The notes below the pieces were generated by a model, which was not told the DNA's origin, did no database searches, and saw only the letters and a program-made list of their open reading frames with translations. DNA of 64,000 bases from Minisyncoccota bacterium. Its GTDB lineage: Bacteria; Patescibacteriota; Minisyncoccia; Phycocordibacterales; JABAAK01. This document shows, piece after piece, positions 40,395 to 50,413 of this stretch. Each line of letters starts with the position of its first letter. Within the stretch, counting starts at the first letter, position 1. A program made the translations under genes and the position numbers. Location: assembly GCA_958295675.1 (NCBI GenBank), contig OY282360.1, positions 594,026 to 658,025 of the forward strand. Reading direction: 5' to 3'.

Positions 40395-41261
40395 CTAAAG
40401 CGCAACAAGCTGATACAGGTCAGATGTCATCACGATGGGTTGTCCGCCGCGCAGCAATGCAGTGCACGCGCGAGAGTAGACATTCCCTCCGTCCGTCTGT
40501 GCCGGCAGGTGAGAAATACAATCACGAACCGTGATCTCCTCATCACCCATCACAATGCTGCCAGCAACAGAAGGCATCTCGGCAAGGTTGTATGCGAGTG
40601 ATGCGTTGTATGCGCACCACGTTGCTGCAGGATACACACGAACACCGCCGCGCCTGAGATCAACAACATGCTGAGCACTTGGCGGTTGGCTTGCATACCG
40701 ATCGCAAGCGTTTTCCGACGCGCCAAACATCGTCGCAACCGGAGCTCCGACGAAATCAGCCACATCGTCCCGCTGCTGGTAGGTGAAAGCACCAACCAAC
40801 ACAAGAACGGCACCGGTGGTGGCCCAGCTAACGCGTGGCCACTGACCGAAAACACGGCGAACTACGCCGGTTACGCCGGAAACAGCACCTCGCACAGCAC
40901 GGCGAACTACGCCGGCTACGCGGGAAACAGTACCTCGCACAGCACTCCACACCTTCCCGGAAGCAGTGGCGACACCGCTGCCGAAACGGGAAAACAGACC
41001 GGGCTGCTGCTCTTGAGCGGCGGCGTCTACTGCGGCCGTTGCCGTTGCGGTCTGCGGCTGCGGATCTTGAGCACCCGCTGCTGCGGGCTGCTGCTCTTGA
41101 GCGTCTACTGCGGCCGTTGCGGTCTGCTCGGGCTGCTGCTCTTGAGCGTCTACTGCAGCCGTTGCGGTCTGCTCGGGCTGCTGCTCTTGATCGGTGTCGG
41201 CATCTGCTGGCAAAAACTTCCCTTGCGCATCGCGTCGCTGACCGTTACCATTTTCACTCAT
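40395..41261 (-). CDS. Repeat-containing membrane protein: acidic QQPEQTATAAVDA repeats, a basic VRGxVS repeat region, one TM helix, and a Cys-containing extracytoplasmic domain
   Basis: Very GC-rich ORF. 45-bp tandem DNA repeats encode the EQQPEQTATAAVDAQ units. Confidence 0.5.
   Translation of the reverse strand: MSENGNGQRRDAQGKFLPADADTDQEQQPEQTATAAVDAQEQQPEQTATAAVDAQEQQPAAAGAQDPQPQTATATAAVDAAAQEQQPGLFSRFGSGVATASGKVWSAVRGTVSRVAGVVRRAVRGAVSGVTGVVRRVFGQWPRVSWATTGAVLVLVGAFTYQQRDDVADFVGAPVATMFGASENACDRYASQPPSAQHVVDLRRGGVRVYPAATWCAYNASLAYNLAEMPSVAGSIVMGDEEITVRDCISHLPAQTDGGNVYSRACTALLRGGQPIVMTSDLYQLVAL
41010..41215. repeat. 45-bp coding tandem repeat, about 3.5-4.5 copies (VNTR-like)
   Basis: GGGCTGCTGCTCTTGAGCGTCTACTGC[G/A]GCCGTTGCGGTCTGCTC recurs head-to-tail with minor variants. 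Confidence 0.7.
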
Positions 41262-41464
41262 CGCTTTCTCCTTCGGTTAAATGGAAATGAACCTGACTCT
41301 ACAAATAAAGCCAGAACCAGTACACAAGATACCATAAACAATCAAAACACGCAACTATACAAGAAATATTGTTTAATATACTGTATATTAAACAATATTA
41401 TAACGAAAATATGCAGTATTTATAGGATAATTTTACTATTTTCCTGATTGACTACCTCAATGTG

Positions 41465-41779
41465 CTACCTCAAAAATTGATACTCAGCAAACTGTATGTG
41501 CTCCTTTTTATTCAACTGCTGATCCGACTGAGATAAGCGGGCAACAAAGGAAAAAAGGGTATAAATTGAGAATATAATAAAAATACCAAGAATAATGATG
41601 CTCAAATTCTTGAACATACCGCCCCGTTTTTCCGCGGCATCAGCATTGGCGACAAATCGAACTGCAGTCACAATCAGCAGCAACAAGGCAATGAATGCCA
41701 TAGCGGCAATGAGCGGATCTACGATATTGTTAAACAAACTGTTTGCAACACCGCTTGCTGTTACTGCATAGACAATCAT
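41465..41779 (-). CDS. Pilin-like small membrane protein P2
   Basis: 104 aa. Leader, TM IAAMAFIALLLLIVTAV, loop RFVANADAAEKRGGMFKN, TM LSIIILGIFIIFSIYTLF. Confidence 0.45.
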   Translation of the reverse strand: MIVYAVTASGVANSLFNNIVDPLIAAMAFIALLLLIVTAVRFVANADAAEKRGGMFKNLSIIILGIFIIFSIYTLFSFVARLSQSDQQLNKKEHIQFAEYQFLR

Positions 41780-41835
41780 ACAGTAGTATAGTATACAAGA
41801 TTACAAAAAATAGAAAACAATTATGGTGTTTATGT

Positions 41836-42273
41836 CTACTTAGTAGTGTTTCCTTTTTGATTAAATGTTACACCAGGCACTTTAATCTCATTTATATTTG
41901 CATCAGTACCTGCACCAACACCAAAGATAGAACGCACAAATGTAATAAGACCCCATAGCGAAGTTATCACGACCATAGCAAGAACCCCCCACAACATATT
42001 TGCTTTTGCTTTTGCTTTTGCATCTTCATCACTCTTCAAAACAAACATTGCAAGATTAAAAAAGAAAAACAAAAAGGCAAGTGACACAACAACAATGGTT
42101 GATGTGCCGACAAGACCGCCGACAGCACCGACACTATCGGTAAGCTGATCCAAAGGATTCTCAGTATCAACCTTCGGCGTTTGAGCAAGAACACTTGTCA
42201 TGCCAAGAACCGCAGTAAGCCCAACGGCAAATAATAAAGTACTAACTGACTGAATAGATTGTGATAGTTTCAT
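41836..42273 (-). CDS. Pilin-like small membrane protein P3
   Basis: Signal peptide MKLSQSIQSVSTLLFAVGLTAVLGMTSVLAQT. TM FLFFFFNLAMFVL. Loop KSDEDAKAKAKAN. TM MLWGVLAMVVITSLWGLITF. Confidence 0.5.
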   Translation of the reverse strand: MKLSQSIQSVSTLLFAVGLTAVLGMTSVLAQTPKVDTENPLDQLTDSVGAVGGLVGTSTIVVVSLAFLFFFFNLAMFVLKSDEDAKAKAKANMLWGVLAMVVITSLWGLITFVRSIFGVGAGTDANINEIKVPGVTFNQKGNTTK

Positions 42274-42398
42274 ATACTATGGTAATAAAGTAAGTAATTA
42301 TTTTCTTTTCTCAGGTAATCGGATACTGTAAGAACACTGTTAGTATACTATTTCGCCATACACACAAAAAAATACTGTGGATAACTTCTGATTGTACT

Positions 42399-42779
42399 TT
42401 ATGCGGAAAAGAGGATGCGCAATACCGCTATAATTCCCCACAGCGTGAAAACCAGTAACAAAATAATGACCGGATACCACAACCGCTTCACTGCCAACTC
42501 AGCCATATTTTTACTGCCGCCATGCGTCTCTTTGATGTAGACAACGATACCATACACAAAAACCAAAAATAACACCGTTATCGCCAGTGGAATCAGCGTG
42601 CCGCCAACAACTTTGATAATCGTATCAACAAGTTCTCTCAACGATAGTTTTTTAAAAGGGAAAAAAGAGGAGTCAGCAGCATACGATACCAACGGCACAA
42701 CAAGCAGAACCGCAGAGGACACAACACCGACTAGCGGTGCCCATCTCCATGTCCATTGATTGCTTCCCATGCACTTCAT
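42399..42779 (-). CDS. Pilin-like small membrane protein P4
   Basis: Signal peptide. TM LIPLAITVLFLVFVYGIVVYI. Loop KETHGGSKNMAELAVKRL. TM WYPVIILLLVFTLWGIIAVL. 4-nt overlap with P5. Confidence 0.45.
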   Translation of the reverse strand: MKCMGSNQWTWRWAPLVGVVSSAVLLVVPLVSYAADSSFFPFKKLSLRELVDTIIKVVGGTLIPLAITVLFLVFVYGIVVYIKETHGGSKNMAELAVKRLWYPVIILLLVFTLWGIIAVLRILFSA

Positions 42780-43261
42780 ATAATGTTATGAGTACCGGAA
42801 GATACGCTGATGAGTGGATTATCGGGACCATTGTCATTATATAACGATGTCGCTTCGGGTTCGCTGTCCTTCAGCACCTGATTAACCGTGTTTTGTATTA
42901 CACTCAGAATGCCTTTTATGCCTAATACAATAAACAGACCGATAAAAGCAATGACAAGGGACCTTTTTAATTCAGCAAATTTTTCCGGCTTGGACGCACC
43001 TGCCAAGACCATCTGAAAACCAATATACACAATTGCAACCGTCATAATCGGTATAAGGATGAGTGTAACAGCATCTAATATGCGCAAGAGAAGTTCTGTC
43101 AAACTGTTAGATGTGATAGGGTTACATAAAATTTTTCCTGTTTCACATCCGGTTTCCGCAACAGCAGGTGTTTCCGCAACAGCAGGTATAGCGTAAAGCA
43201 TAAAAACAACCGAGGTTATACAAAGAACACAGTACGCGGTTAGCGATGATATGCGTTTCAT
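42776..43261 (-). CDS. Pilin-like small membrane protein P5
   Basis: Signal peptide MKRISSLTAYCVLCITSVVFMLYAIPAVAE. Cys pair. TM LILIPIMTVAIVYIGFQMVL. Loop AGASKPEKFAELKRS. TM LVIAFIGLFIVLGIKGIL. Confidence 0.45.
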   Translation of the reverse strand: MKRISSLTAYCVLCITSVVFMLYAIPAVAETPAVAETGCETGKILCNPITSNSLTELLLRILDAVTLILIPIMTVAIVYIGFQMVLAGASKPEKFAELKRSLVIAFIGLFIVLGIKGILSVIQNTVNQVLKDSEPEATSLYNDNGPDNPLISVSSGTHNII

Positions 43262-43278
43262 ACATCATGCAGTATACA

Positions 43279-44541
43279 TCACCGAAACAGATTCAAGACA
43301 GTTTTTGCGCCGGTTTCCGCGGTCTGTGTTCCGACCACAACTCCCTGAAGAGTTTGCAACAGAGTTTCTAGTTCCTCTGAAGTCAAATACACACTTCTGC
43401 TTGAGAACAAGGAATCAATAAAAACTCGTTCAGTTGCTGTTGATTCATTGTCCGGATAGTACCATTTCACTGCCGGCGGCAGAGAGAACAGTTCGGAAAT
43501 ATCATTATCTTTATCATACAAAACACCGAGCATATCAAGCAATACCGCCAATGCCGCCTCCGGTGCCCTGCTCCGCTTCGGAACCGCGAACGCGTAGAGT
43601 GTTGACGGTGTTACTGCTATGCCATTCCGGTCAAATTGCGGCAACGGTGCGACCCGAACAGGAATATTCGGATTTGCGCGCTGCAGTTCATGAAATTCGC
43701 TGATATAGCCGGGATACAGAAAAAGGTTGCCGCCCGTGAACATATCACGAGCATCGGCATGCGCGACACTCCAGGTGTATACCGACGAACGGGGATGAGC
43801 GAAACTGGCATAAAACCTAAGAATGTCCCTCGCTGAACGCTCCGTCAAACCGATATCCGACTCCCGCACCTGCAGTATGAGCGCGGCAAAAAGATCCGCA
43901 GCATGGCGATAATTGCCATATGCGCCGAGCGGTATCAATGCCTGCGATGTATCACGGTACCGTTCGTTAACCTTCAAAAACGAACCGGCTGACAACTGTG
44001 ACCACTCGGTCGGCAATGCGCGAATACCGTTCCGCAATCGCATATTCTCATTGTAATAAAGCACCATCGCATCCGAGAAAAACGGTATGGCAACATAACC
44101 GTCATTGGGACGAATAAACAAATTTGCCGGCTGAATAAAGGTTTGCTCGTACCGCGCTAAGGGAAAGTAAGAAAACGGAACGGTCTGCAAGGTATCCTCA
44201 AGAGCAAAAATTGTATGGTGGTCAATGAGGAGCAGATCCGGCTGTCTGCCGACCGCGATTGCTCCTATGTACTCATCCTGTATGGTATCAGGATTCTTTT
44301 CAACATATCTGACATTCCCGTACAGCCGATCAGAAAAATTGCTTAAACGCCGAGCAATCGGAGCTATCTCACGAATATCAATGGTACCCCACACTAAAAT
44401 ATCCACCGTCTGAGTCCGTGTGGATTGATCATCTGCTGCTCTTTTTTTTAAAAAACCGTATGCCGCCAAACTCCCGAATCCGACAAGAATAAACACACCG
44501 AAAACAACATACAGTATGAGTTGAAAACTTTTTGCCTCCAT
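43279..44541 (-). CDS. N-terminally membrane-anchored extracellular solute-binding-like protein (SBP family 1-like)
   Basis: TM anchor then ~390 aa with periplasmic-binding-protein-like segments. No cognate ABC permease or ATPase is adjacent. Confidence 0.45.
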   Translation of the reverse strand: MEAKSFQLILYVVFGVFILVGFGSLAAYGFLKKRAADDQSTRTQTVDILVWGTIDIREIAPIARRLSNFSDRLYGNVRYVEKNPDTIQDEYIGAIAVGRQPDLLLIDHHTIFALEDTLQTVPFSYFPLARYEQTFIQPANLFIRPNDGYVAIPFFSDAMVLYYNENMRLRNGIRALPTEWSQLSAGSFLKVNERYRDTSQALIPLGAYGNYRHAADLFAALILQVRESDIGLTERSARDILRFYASFAHPRSSVYTWSVAHADARDMFTGGNLFLYPGYISEFHELQRANPNIPVRVAPLPQFDRNGIAVTPSTLYAFAVPKRSRAPEAALAVLLDMLGVLYDKDNDISELFSLPPAVKWYYPDNESTATERVFIDSLFSSRSVYLTSEELETLLQTLQGVVVGTQTAETGAKTVLNLFR

Positions 44542-44554
44542 AGAACTTGCGCCC

Positions 44555-46993
44555 CTACATGTGGGTGCTTGCAGTCAGTATATCATCTCCTTTCAGCTTC
44601 ATCACCGAAACTCCCTGCGTTTGCCGCCCGAGCTGCGAAATCTCGGCAACACCCATGCGCACCATCTGGCCGTTCTTTGACATGGTAATAATCTCGCTCT
44701 CAGTATCACTCAGAATATGCGCGCCGACCAGCCGCCCCGTCCTCGCCGTAACCGAAGCGGCTTTTACGCCAGCTCCGCCGCGTTTTTGCACTTTAAACGC
44801 ACTGATACCGGTCTGCTTTCCATACCCTTTCTCACTGAGTGTGAGCAGGCGGGCGGTCGTCCGCAGATGCTCCTCAACAACGAGCGCACCGATAACGGCG
44901 TCGTCCTTGCCAAGCCGAATGCCGCGCACACCTCGTGCCGTCCGTCCGGAGGGACGCACATCCTTTGCGGCAAAACGAATTGCCTTACCCTCTCTGGTGG
45001 CGATTACAATAGTGTCATTATTGGTGCAAAACATGGTATCCACCAACTGATCATCCTTCTCAAGCGTTACAGCGATGAGACCGGTTTTTCGTATGTTCTT
45101 AAACTGATCAGTCGCGACTTTTTTAACCGTTCCGTGTTTGGTCACAAAAAATAAGTATGTATTCTTTGCCGCATCTGTAGCGACAGGCACAACAGAAGTA
45201 ACTCGCTCATCGCCGTCCATTGAAATGAAATTCACCAGCGCGCGTCCTTTGCCGGTCCGTTTTGCCTCGGGTATCTCATATGCTTTCAGTTGATACACCT
45301 TACCCTTGTTTGTCAGAAAATAAAGTGTGTCATGAGAACTGGCACTTATAGAAATATTGGTAAAATCTTCTTCTTTCAGCTCCGCGCCTTTCGTGCCGAC
45401 GCCGCCGCGCCGTTGCCGTTTATATTCATCATGCGTGGTGCGTTTCACATACCCGCCGTCGGTAACCATCACAATACTCTGCTTTTCCGGAATGAGATCC
45501 TCATCGGCGACCGAATTCTGCCCCTGACTGACAATTTTGGTGCGGCGGTCATCCCCAAAGAGTTTCTGCGCTTCTTCTATTCCCTTTTTTACCTCATCAT
45601 CTATCTTCTTTTTGCTTTTCAGCACACCTTCCAACCGTTCAATTGTTTTTTTCAGTTCGGCAAGTTCATCCTCCACCTTCTGTCGTTCAAGACCCGCAAG
45701 CTTTGACAGCCGCATTTCAAGAATAGCATTCGCCTGCACCTCTGAAAATTTAAACTCTTTCATCAGCGCTTTGCGCGCGTCGCTCACTTCCCGCGATTTC
45801 CTGATAAGTGCGATAATTGTATCTATATGATCAAGTGCTTTCTTCAATCCTTCAACGATATGCGCCCGTTCCATAGCTCTTCCGAGATCAAATTTAGTTG
45901 CCCGCTCAATAATAACGCGGCGATGGTCAATATACGCCTGTAGCAACTGATGCAGAGTCAGTGTCTGCGGCACACCATCAAGCAGTCCGACTAAATTATA
46001 ATGATAGGTCTCCTCAAGCTGTGTATGCTTATACAGCACATTCTGCACCCGTTGCGGCTGCGCGGCCGGCTTCAGATCAACAACCACACGGATGTCATCA
46101 GTTGACTCATCCCGCAGGTCTTTTATCCCTTCTAACTTTTTGTTCCGCACCAGCTCGCCTATCTTCTCAATTAAACGCGCCTTATTCACCCGGTACGGCA
46201 TGGAACTGATGATTAAACTAACGCCTTTCTTATCTTCAACAATTTCTACCTCACCCCGCACGACCACACCGCCTTTACCGGTCATGTAGGCCTGTGCAAT
46301 CGCCTTTTTGTCATACGCAATACCGCCTAACGGGAAATCAGGACCCTTGATGAACTGAAGTAAATCCTCAGTGGTCGCGTCAGGGTTCTCTATCAAATGT
46401 CGCAATGCTCCGGCAATCTCATTCAAGTTATGCGGCGGGATGTCGGTCGCCATGCCGACAGCAATACCGAGCGTGCCGTTCAGCAGCAGATTGGGCAGCT
46501 TCGCCGGCAGCACTGTCGGTTCCTTCAGTGTATTTTCATAGTTCGGTATAAATTCAACGGTTTCTTTATCAATATCCTCAAGCATTTTTTCAGCAATACT
46601 GGACATCTTTGCTTCAGTATACCGGGGTGCAGCGGGCGGATCGCCGTCAATGGAACCGAAATTTCCCTGTCCCGTGATAAGCGGGTACCGGGTGAAAAAC
46701 TCCTGACTCATCCTCGCCATCGCTTCATACACCGACTGATCGCCGTGCGGATGATATTTACCGAGTGTTTCACCGACCACGGTTGATGATTTTCTTGTTT
46801 TTGCCGACGGACGGAGACCCATGCCTAGCATTGCGTACAGAATACGCCGCTGCACCGGTTTAAGTCCGTCACGCACATCAGGAAGCGCGCGTGAAGTAAT
46901 AACTGACATCGCATAATCTAAATACGCGCTCCGCATCTCCTCGGTGATGTCTTTATGCACAATACTTGAACCGTCACTGATAGTTTCAGCCAT
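44555..46993 (-). CDS. gyrA: DNA gyrase subunit A
   Basis: YLDYAMSVI...[21 protein letters not shown]. Active-site Tyr region. C-terminal beta-pinwheel repeats. The ATG at 46993 (MAETISDG) was chosen by alignment to GyrA N-termini. Confidence 0.9.
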   Translation of the reverse strand: MAETISDGSSIVHKDITEEMRSAYLDYAMSVITSRALPDVRDGLKPVQRRILYAMLGMGLRPSAKTRKSSTVVGETLGKYHPHGDQSVYEAMARMSQEFFTRYPLITGQGNFGSIDGDPPAAPRYTEAKMSSIAEKMLEDIDKETVEFIPNYENTLKEPTVLPAKLPNLLLNGTLGIAVGMATDIPPHNLNEIAGALRHLIENPDATTEDLLQFIKGPDFPLGGIAYDKKAIAQAYMTGKGGVVVRGEVEIVEDKKGVSLIISSMPYRVNKARLIEKIGELVRNKKLEGIKDLRDESTDDIRVVVDLKPAAQPQRVQNVLYKHTQLEETYHYNLVGLLDGVPQTLTLHQLLQAYIDHRRVIIERATKFDLGRAMERAHIVEGLKKALDHIDTIIALIRKSREVSDARKALMKEFKFSEVQANAILEMRLSKLAGLERQKVEDELAELKKTIERLEGVLKSKKKIDDEVKKGIEEAQKLFGDDRRTKIVSQGQNSVADEDLIPEKQSIVMVTDGGYVKRTTHDEYKRQRRGGVGTKGAELKEEDFTNISISASSHDTLYFLTNKGKVYQLKAYEIPEAKRTGKGRALVNFISMDGDERVTSVVPVATDAAKNTYLFFVTKHGTVKKVATDQFKNIRKTGLIAVTLEKDDQLVDTMFCTNNDTIVIATREGKAIRFAAKDVRPSGRTARGVRGIRLGKDDAVIGALVVEEHLRTTARLLTLSEKGYGKQTGISAFKVQKRGGAGVKAASVTARTGRLVGAHILSDTESEIITMSKNGQMVRMGVAEISQLGRQTQGVSVMKLKGDDILTASTHM

Positions 46994-47085
46994 ATAATCC
47001 GCAGTATAACATACAACAAAGACACAAAAAGATATGGTGATAAAAAAACGCATCCGCTGTTCGCGAATGCGTAAGTGCTGACACA

Positions 47086-47739
47086 TCACGGTACGACATA
47101 CCGATTAAGTATCTCCGTGGCAACATCAAGTGAGGACCGCACCGCACCGGTGCTGTCAAGCATGTTCATCATGACGACAGGTGCCGGATCCATAAAGTCG
47201 CAGACACACAACATACTGTATCCGCGCACCACCGCATCAAGATCATACTCAAAACCGCTGCGCGCATCGCGCCTGTCAATGCGGGAATTGAGCACATCAA
47301 GCGGCATACCGCAAAGAACGATATACCGTGGCAACAAACCGTACTTTCGGATCAGAACACGCTGCTCCCGCTGAATCAGGTCAATAACCGCGTCATTGCG
47401 TTCTCGTTTTGAGTACCGCAAGTACTGATACACCAGTGTGGAGATTAAAAAACGATCAAGAATAACCGTTTTTTGTTCTCGCAACGCAGGGACAATGATT
47501 TCCTCAGCGGAAAGCGCAAAGTCGGCACAAAAGAGGTGCGTGAGAGCGTATGGATCGGTGTCAGTGCTGTCAAGAATGATGTCACGCAGTCGCTGACCTG
47601 TACCGGTCGCGCCCGGCGCGCGGACACAAACCGCTTCCAAACCCATGTCACGCATCATTTCCGACAACTCTCTAACAACAGTTGTTTTTCCAATTCCGTC
47701 GGGACCTTCAATCGCCAAAACATTTCTGTTTTCAGTCAT
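47086..47739 (-). CDS. tmk: Thymidylate kinase
   Basis: [14 protein letters not shown]-loop, DRF motif, and size of 217 aa. Confidence 0.8.
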   Translation of the reverse strand: MTENRNVLAIEGPDGIGKTTVVRELSEMMRDMGLEAVCVRAPGATGTGQRLRDIILDSTDTDPYALTHLFCADFALSAEEIIVPALREQKTVILDRFLISTLVYQYLRYSKRERNDAVIDLIQREQRVLIRKYGLLPRYIVLCGMPLDVLNSRIDRRDARSGFEYDLDAVVRGYSMLCVCDFMDPAPVVMMNMLDSTGAVRSSLDVATEILNRYVVP

Positions 47740-47835
47740 GGTTCGTTTCCTCCGCTAAAAGCGTCAAACCTAATACACTATAGCAAAAAATATTGAAAAC
47801 AAAAAATGCTTTAAAATAAAGGTAAAATTAGCTTT

Positions 47836-47961
47836 TTTAAACTCGTTAGTATATCCACAGGAAAGCGATCGGGACCCAGACAGTGCACACCACAACGGTG
47901 ATAATAACCGCCCGTCGTCGATTTCGGTCATTTTTCTCTTTCTGTTGTTTTAAAAATTCTT
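47836..47961 (-). CDS. Possible small membrane protein (41 aa), not in the ORF track
   Basis: ATG ORF MDSEEFLKQQKEKNDRNRRRAVIITVVVCTVWVPIAFLWIY lies in the 267-bp gap between two minus-strand genes. No clear SD. Confidence 0.2.
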
Positions 47962-48006
47962 CAGAATCCATATATCAGATAGTATAAAATATAGAAAAGA
48001 GCGCAT

Positions 48007-48624
48007 CTAATCCAGCACAACCACTCTGGATTGTCCTTCAAGAAGGTCTTTCTTTTTAACCGCACACTGTCCTGTCACTGCATCTGCGCCACCGAGCTCT
48101 TTCGCGATTTTTTTCTTTAAGTCCTCATCGGTACCGATAAGTACCGTCAACCGCACCTGCAAAGACGCGGCGACACCGGCTATTGATGCGGCATCCAAGC
48201 GTCTGTCTTTTGTGCTGTTGCACAGCAGAATAAGTACATCGGCATCACCGACCTCGGATGCGACATGTTGCGCATCTTTTTTCTCAGCAAGGTCGCCGAG
48301 AACCGACACACGCACACCGTCACCCTCAATGCACCATGATGTCGTCTGTAGTTCATTCCCCTGCACCATCGTGCTTGAACTGTATCCGCGCGCAAAAAGT
48401 CCGTTCTTTTCAAATTCTCCCGCTCCGCTGAACACTTTCTGCCCCTCCTCCTGCGCGGTAAAAACAGTTTCCCAATCCTTGACAGGAACAGGATAAGTGG
48501 TGAGTATAACATCCGGTACCGGCACTTTCCTGTTTCCCGAAGGAGATTCGGGAAAATTAACCGCGACTACGCCCTCCGAAAATTTGAGAGCGGTTCCAGT
48601 ATCCGATATACGATATATCTCCAT
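48007..48624 (-). CDS. Hypothetical protein (205 aa)
   Basis: ORF with an ATG at 48624 (MEIYRISDTG). No confident motif. Confidence 0.4.
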   Translation of the reverse strand: MEIYRISDTGTALKFSEGVVAVNFPESPSGNRKVPVPDVILTTYPVPVKDWETVFTAQEEGQKVFSGAGEFEKNGLFARGYSSSTMVQGNELQTTSWCIEGDGVRVSVLGDLAEKKDAQHVASEVGDADVLILLCNSTKDRRLDAASIAGVAASLQVRLTVLIGTDEDLKKKIAKELGGADAVTGQCAVKKKDLLEGQSRVVVLD

Positions 48625-48688
48625 GTTATAGAGCAGTGTAGCATATATGGTATGGGTATTGTATACTGAATTGTGTATGTACTGCACA

Positions 48689-49831
48689 ATGCAAAAGAAA
48701 ACATCACTACATAAAGAGCCGATTAATAGTGCAACCATACCGCCCATTATTACTATGACAACTATGACAAACACAGATACGGAAACCCTTTACACCACCG
48801 GCGATATCGTTGAAGGAAAAATTATTGCTGTTGATCGTTCAACGGTATACATAGATTTATCCCCCGTCGGCACCGGCATTATCTACGGAAGAGAGTTCAC
48901 TCTCGCGAAAGATGTGCTGAGAAAGGTAAAAGTCGGCGATACTATTTCCGCAAAAATCATTGATTTAGAAACTCCGGACGGTTATATTGATCTTTCACTC
49001 AAAGAAGCAAGGAAAATATATATATGGAGTGAAGCGGAAGAAGCGATGCGCGATAACAGGGTGTACAAGGTAATTATCAAAAACGCTAACAGGGGCGGCT
49101 TGGTGATTGATTGGAATGGTGTGCGTGGATTTCTGCCGGCATCACAACTCGCCGAAGAACATCATCCAAAAGTGCTGAACGGCGACAAGGATACCGTCCT
49201 CAATGAATTACGGAAATGTATAGGCAAGGAGTTATCTGTGGTTATAGAAAATACCGATCAGGAGAATGACACGCTTATTTTCTCAGAATACAAGGACAAA
49301 GACAGCAAAACGGAGAAAGGTGAAGGCGGCGGAGCTCCGGCATATAATGTGGGCGATGTGAAAAGCGGTATTGTAACCGGTGTGGTTGATTTCGGCGTGT
49401 TTGTTACTATTGACAATGAAATTGAAGGACTCGTGCATATATCCGAGATGGACTGGGGTCTCGTGGATGATCCGAGAAAATTCTACAGTATCGGCAATCA
49501 GGTTCAGGTAAAGATTATTGAAATTGAGGGTGATAAGTACTCATTTTCATTCAAGGAACTGCATAAAAACCCGTGGGAAGACATTACGGATCGCCATAAA
49601 GTCGGCGACACCGCATCAGGAGTTATCATTAAATACGGTCCGTTCGGCGCTTTCGCATCCATTGAAGCCGGTGTGTCGGGTCTCATACATATTTCAAGCT
49701 TCAAGGACGCGGAGGATCTGCGCAATACGCTTGAAATCGGCAAAACATACGAATTTGTTATCACTAATCTTGAACCGAAAAACCAAAAACTTACGCTCGT
49801 ACCGAAAGATCGGTATAACAAAAAGCAGTAA
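48689..49831 (+). CDS. rpsA: S1 RNA-binding domain protein (ribosomal protein S1-like, four S1 repeats)
   Basis: Repeated GxxVxGxV...GLxHxS-type S1 motifs (GDIVEGKII..., GDVKSGIVTGVVDFGVFV...GLVHISE). The start among several in-frame Met codons is uncertain. Confidence 0.65.
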   Translation: MQKKTSLHKEPINSATIPPIITMTTMTNTDTETLYTTGDIVEGKIIAVDRSTVYIDLSPVGTGIIYGREFTLAKDVLRKVKVGDTISAKIIDLETPDGYIDLSLKEARKIYIWSEAEEAMRDNRVYKVIIKNANRGGLVIDWNGVRGFLPASQLAEEHHPKVLNGDKDTVLNELRKCIGKELSVVIENTDQENDTLIFSEYKDKDSKTEKGEGGGAPAYNVGDVKSGIVTGVVDFGVFVTIDNEIEGLVHISEMDWGLVDDPRKFYSIGNQVQVKIIEIEGDKYSFSFKELHKNPWEDITDRHKVGDTASGVIIKYGPFGAFASIEAGVSGLIHISSFKDAEDLRNTLEIGKTYEFVITNLEPKNQKLTLVPKDRYNKKQ

Positions 49832-49833
49832 TG

Positions 49834-50364
49834 TTACCGCACCGTGCCGCCATTTTTCCGGAATAATTGAATGAGTATATCCGGCAGAGAATCCTGAAGT
49901 GTCTGAGCGATGGTGTGCATGTCATCAGCCGGTAGACGGGCGAGCACATGCTGTTTGATACTGCCTCGTTTTCCGACACCAATGCGCAGACGAAAAAAAT
50001 CTTTCGTGCCGAGGACTTCAATAATAGATTCAACGCCGTGATGTCCGCCGGCACTTTTCCCTTCGGACAAACGAATAGTGCCGACATCAAAATCAACTTC
50101 ATCGTGTACTACAACAAGCCGGGACGGTTCAAGTTCACTGAGCACAGAACGCATATCCTGTCCCGTTTCGTTCATAAAACCGTCACTCACGCCGCAGGTA
50201 ACTATATGCGGACCGAGAAGCAGAACGGAAATCTTTCCGTTACTAACCTCCCGCCATAGACAGCCCGCCTGCTTTACAAGTCCTTCCACAAGATCCTTGC
50301 CGACATTATGACGCGTGCCTTCATAACCGGTTGGATTGCCGAGTCCGAGAAAAAAGTACTCCAT
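49834..50364 (-). CDS. pth: Peptidyl-tRNA hydrolase
   Basis: Begins MEYFFLGLGNPTGYEGTRHNVG with the catalytic His. The ATG at 50364 was chosen over the long upstream ORF. Confidence 0.8.
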   Translation of the reverse strand: MEYFFLGLGNPTGYEGTRHNVGKDLVEGLVKQAGCLWREVSNGKISVLLLGPHIVTCGVSDGFMNETGQDMRSVLSELEPSRLVVVHDEVDFDVGTIRLSEGKSAGGHHGVESIIEVLGTKDFFRLRIGVGKRGSIKQHVLARLPADDMHTIAQTLQDSLPDILIQLFRKNGGTVR

Positions 50365-50413
50365 ACAAATGCTATAGTAGCAGAAAATAAGTGTGCTACA
50401 CTGAAAAAACGAT

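Noticed and set aside
40668-41447. 259-aa plus-strand ORF antisense to the repeat protein
   Set aside because: Shadow ORF in a GC-rich tandem-repeat region. Its product is a low-complexity Leu/Arg/Gly string.
44547-45154. Plus-strand ORFs opposite the 3' part of gyrA
   Set aside because: Shadow ORFs within GyrA coding sequence.
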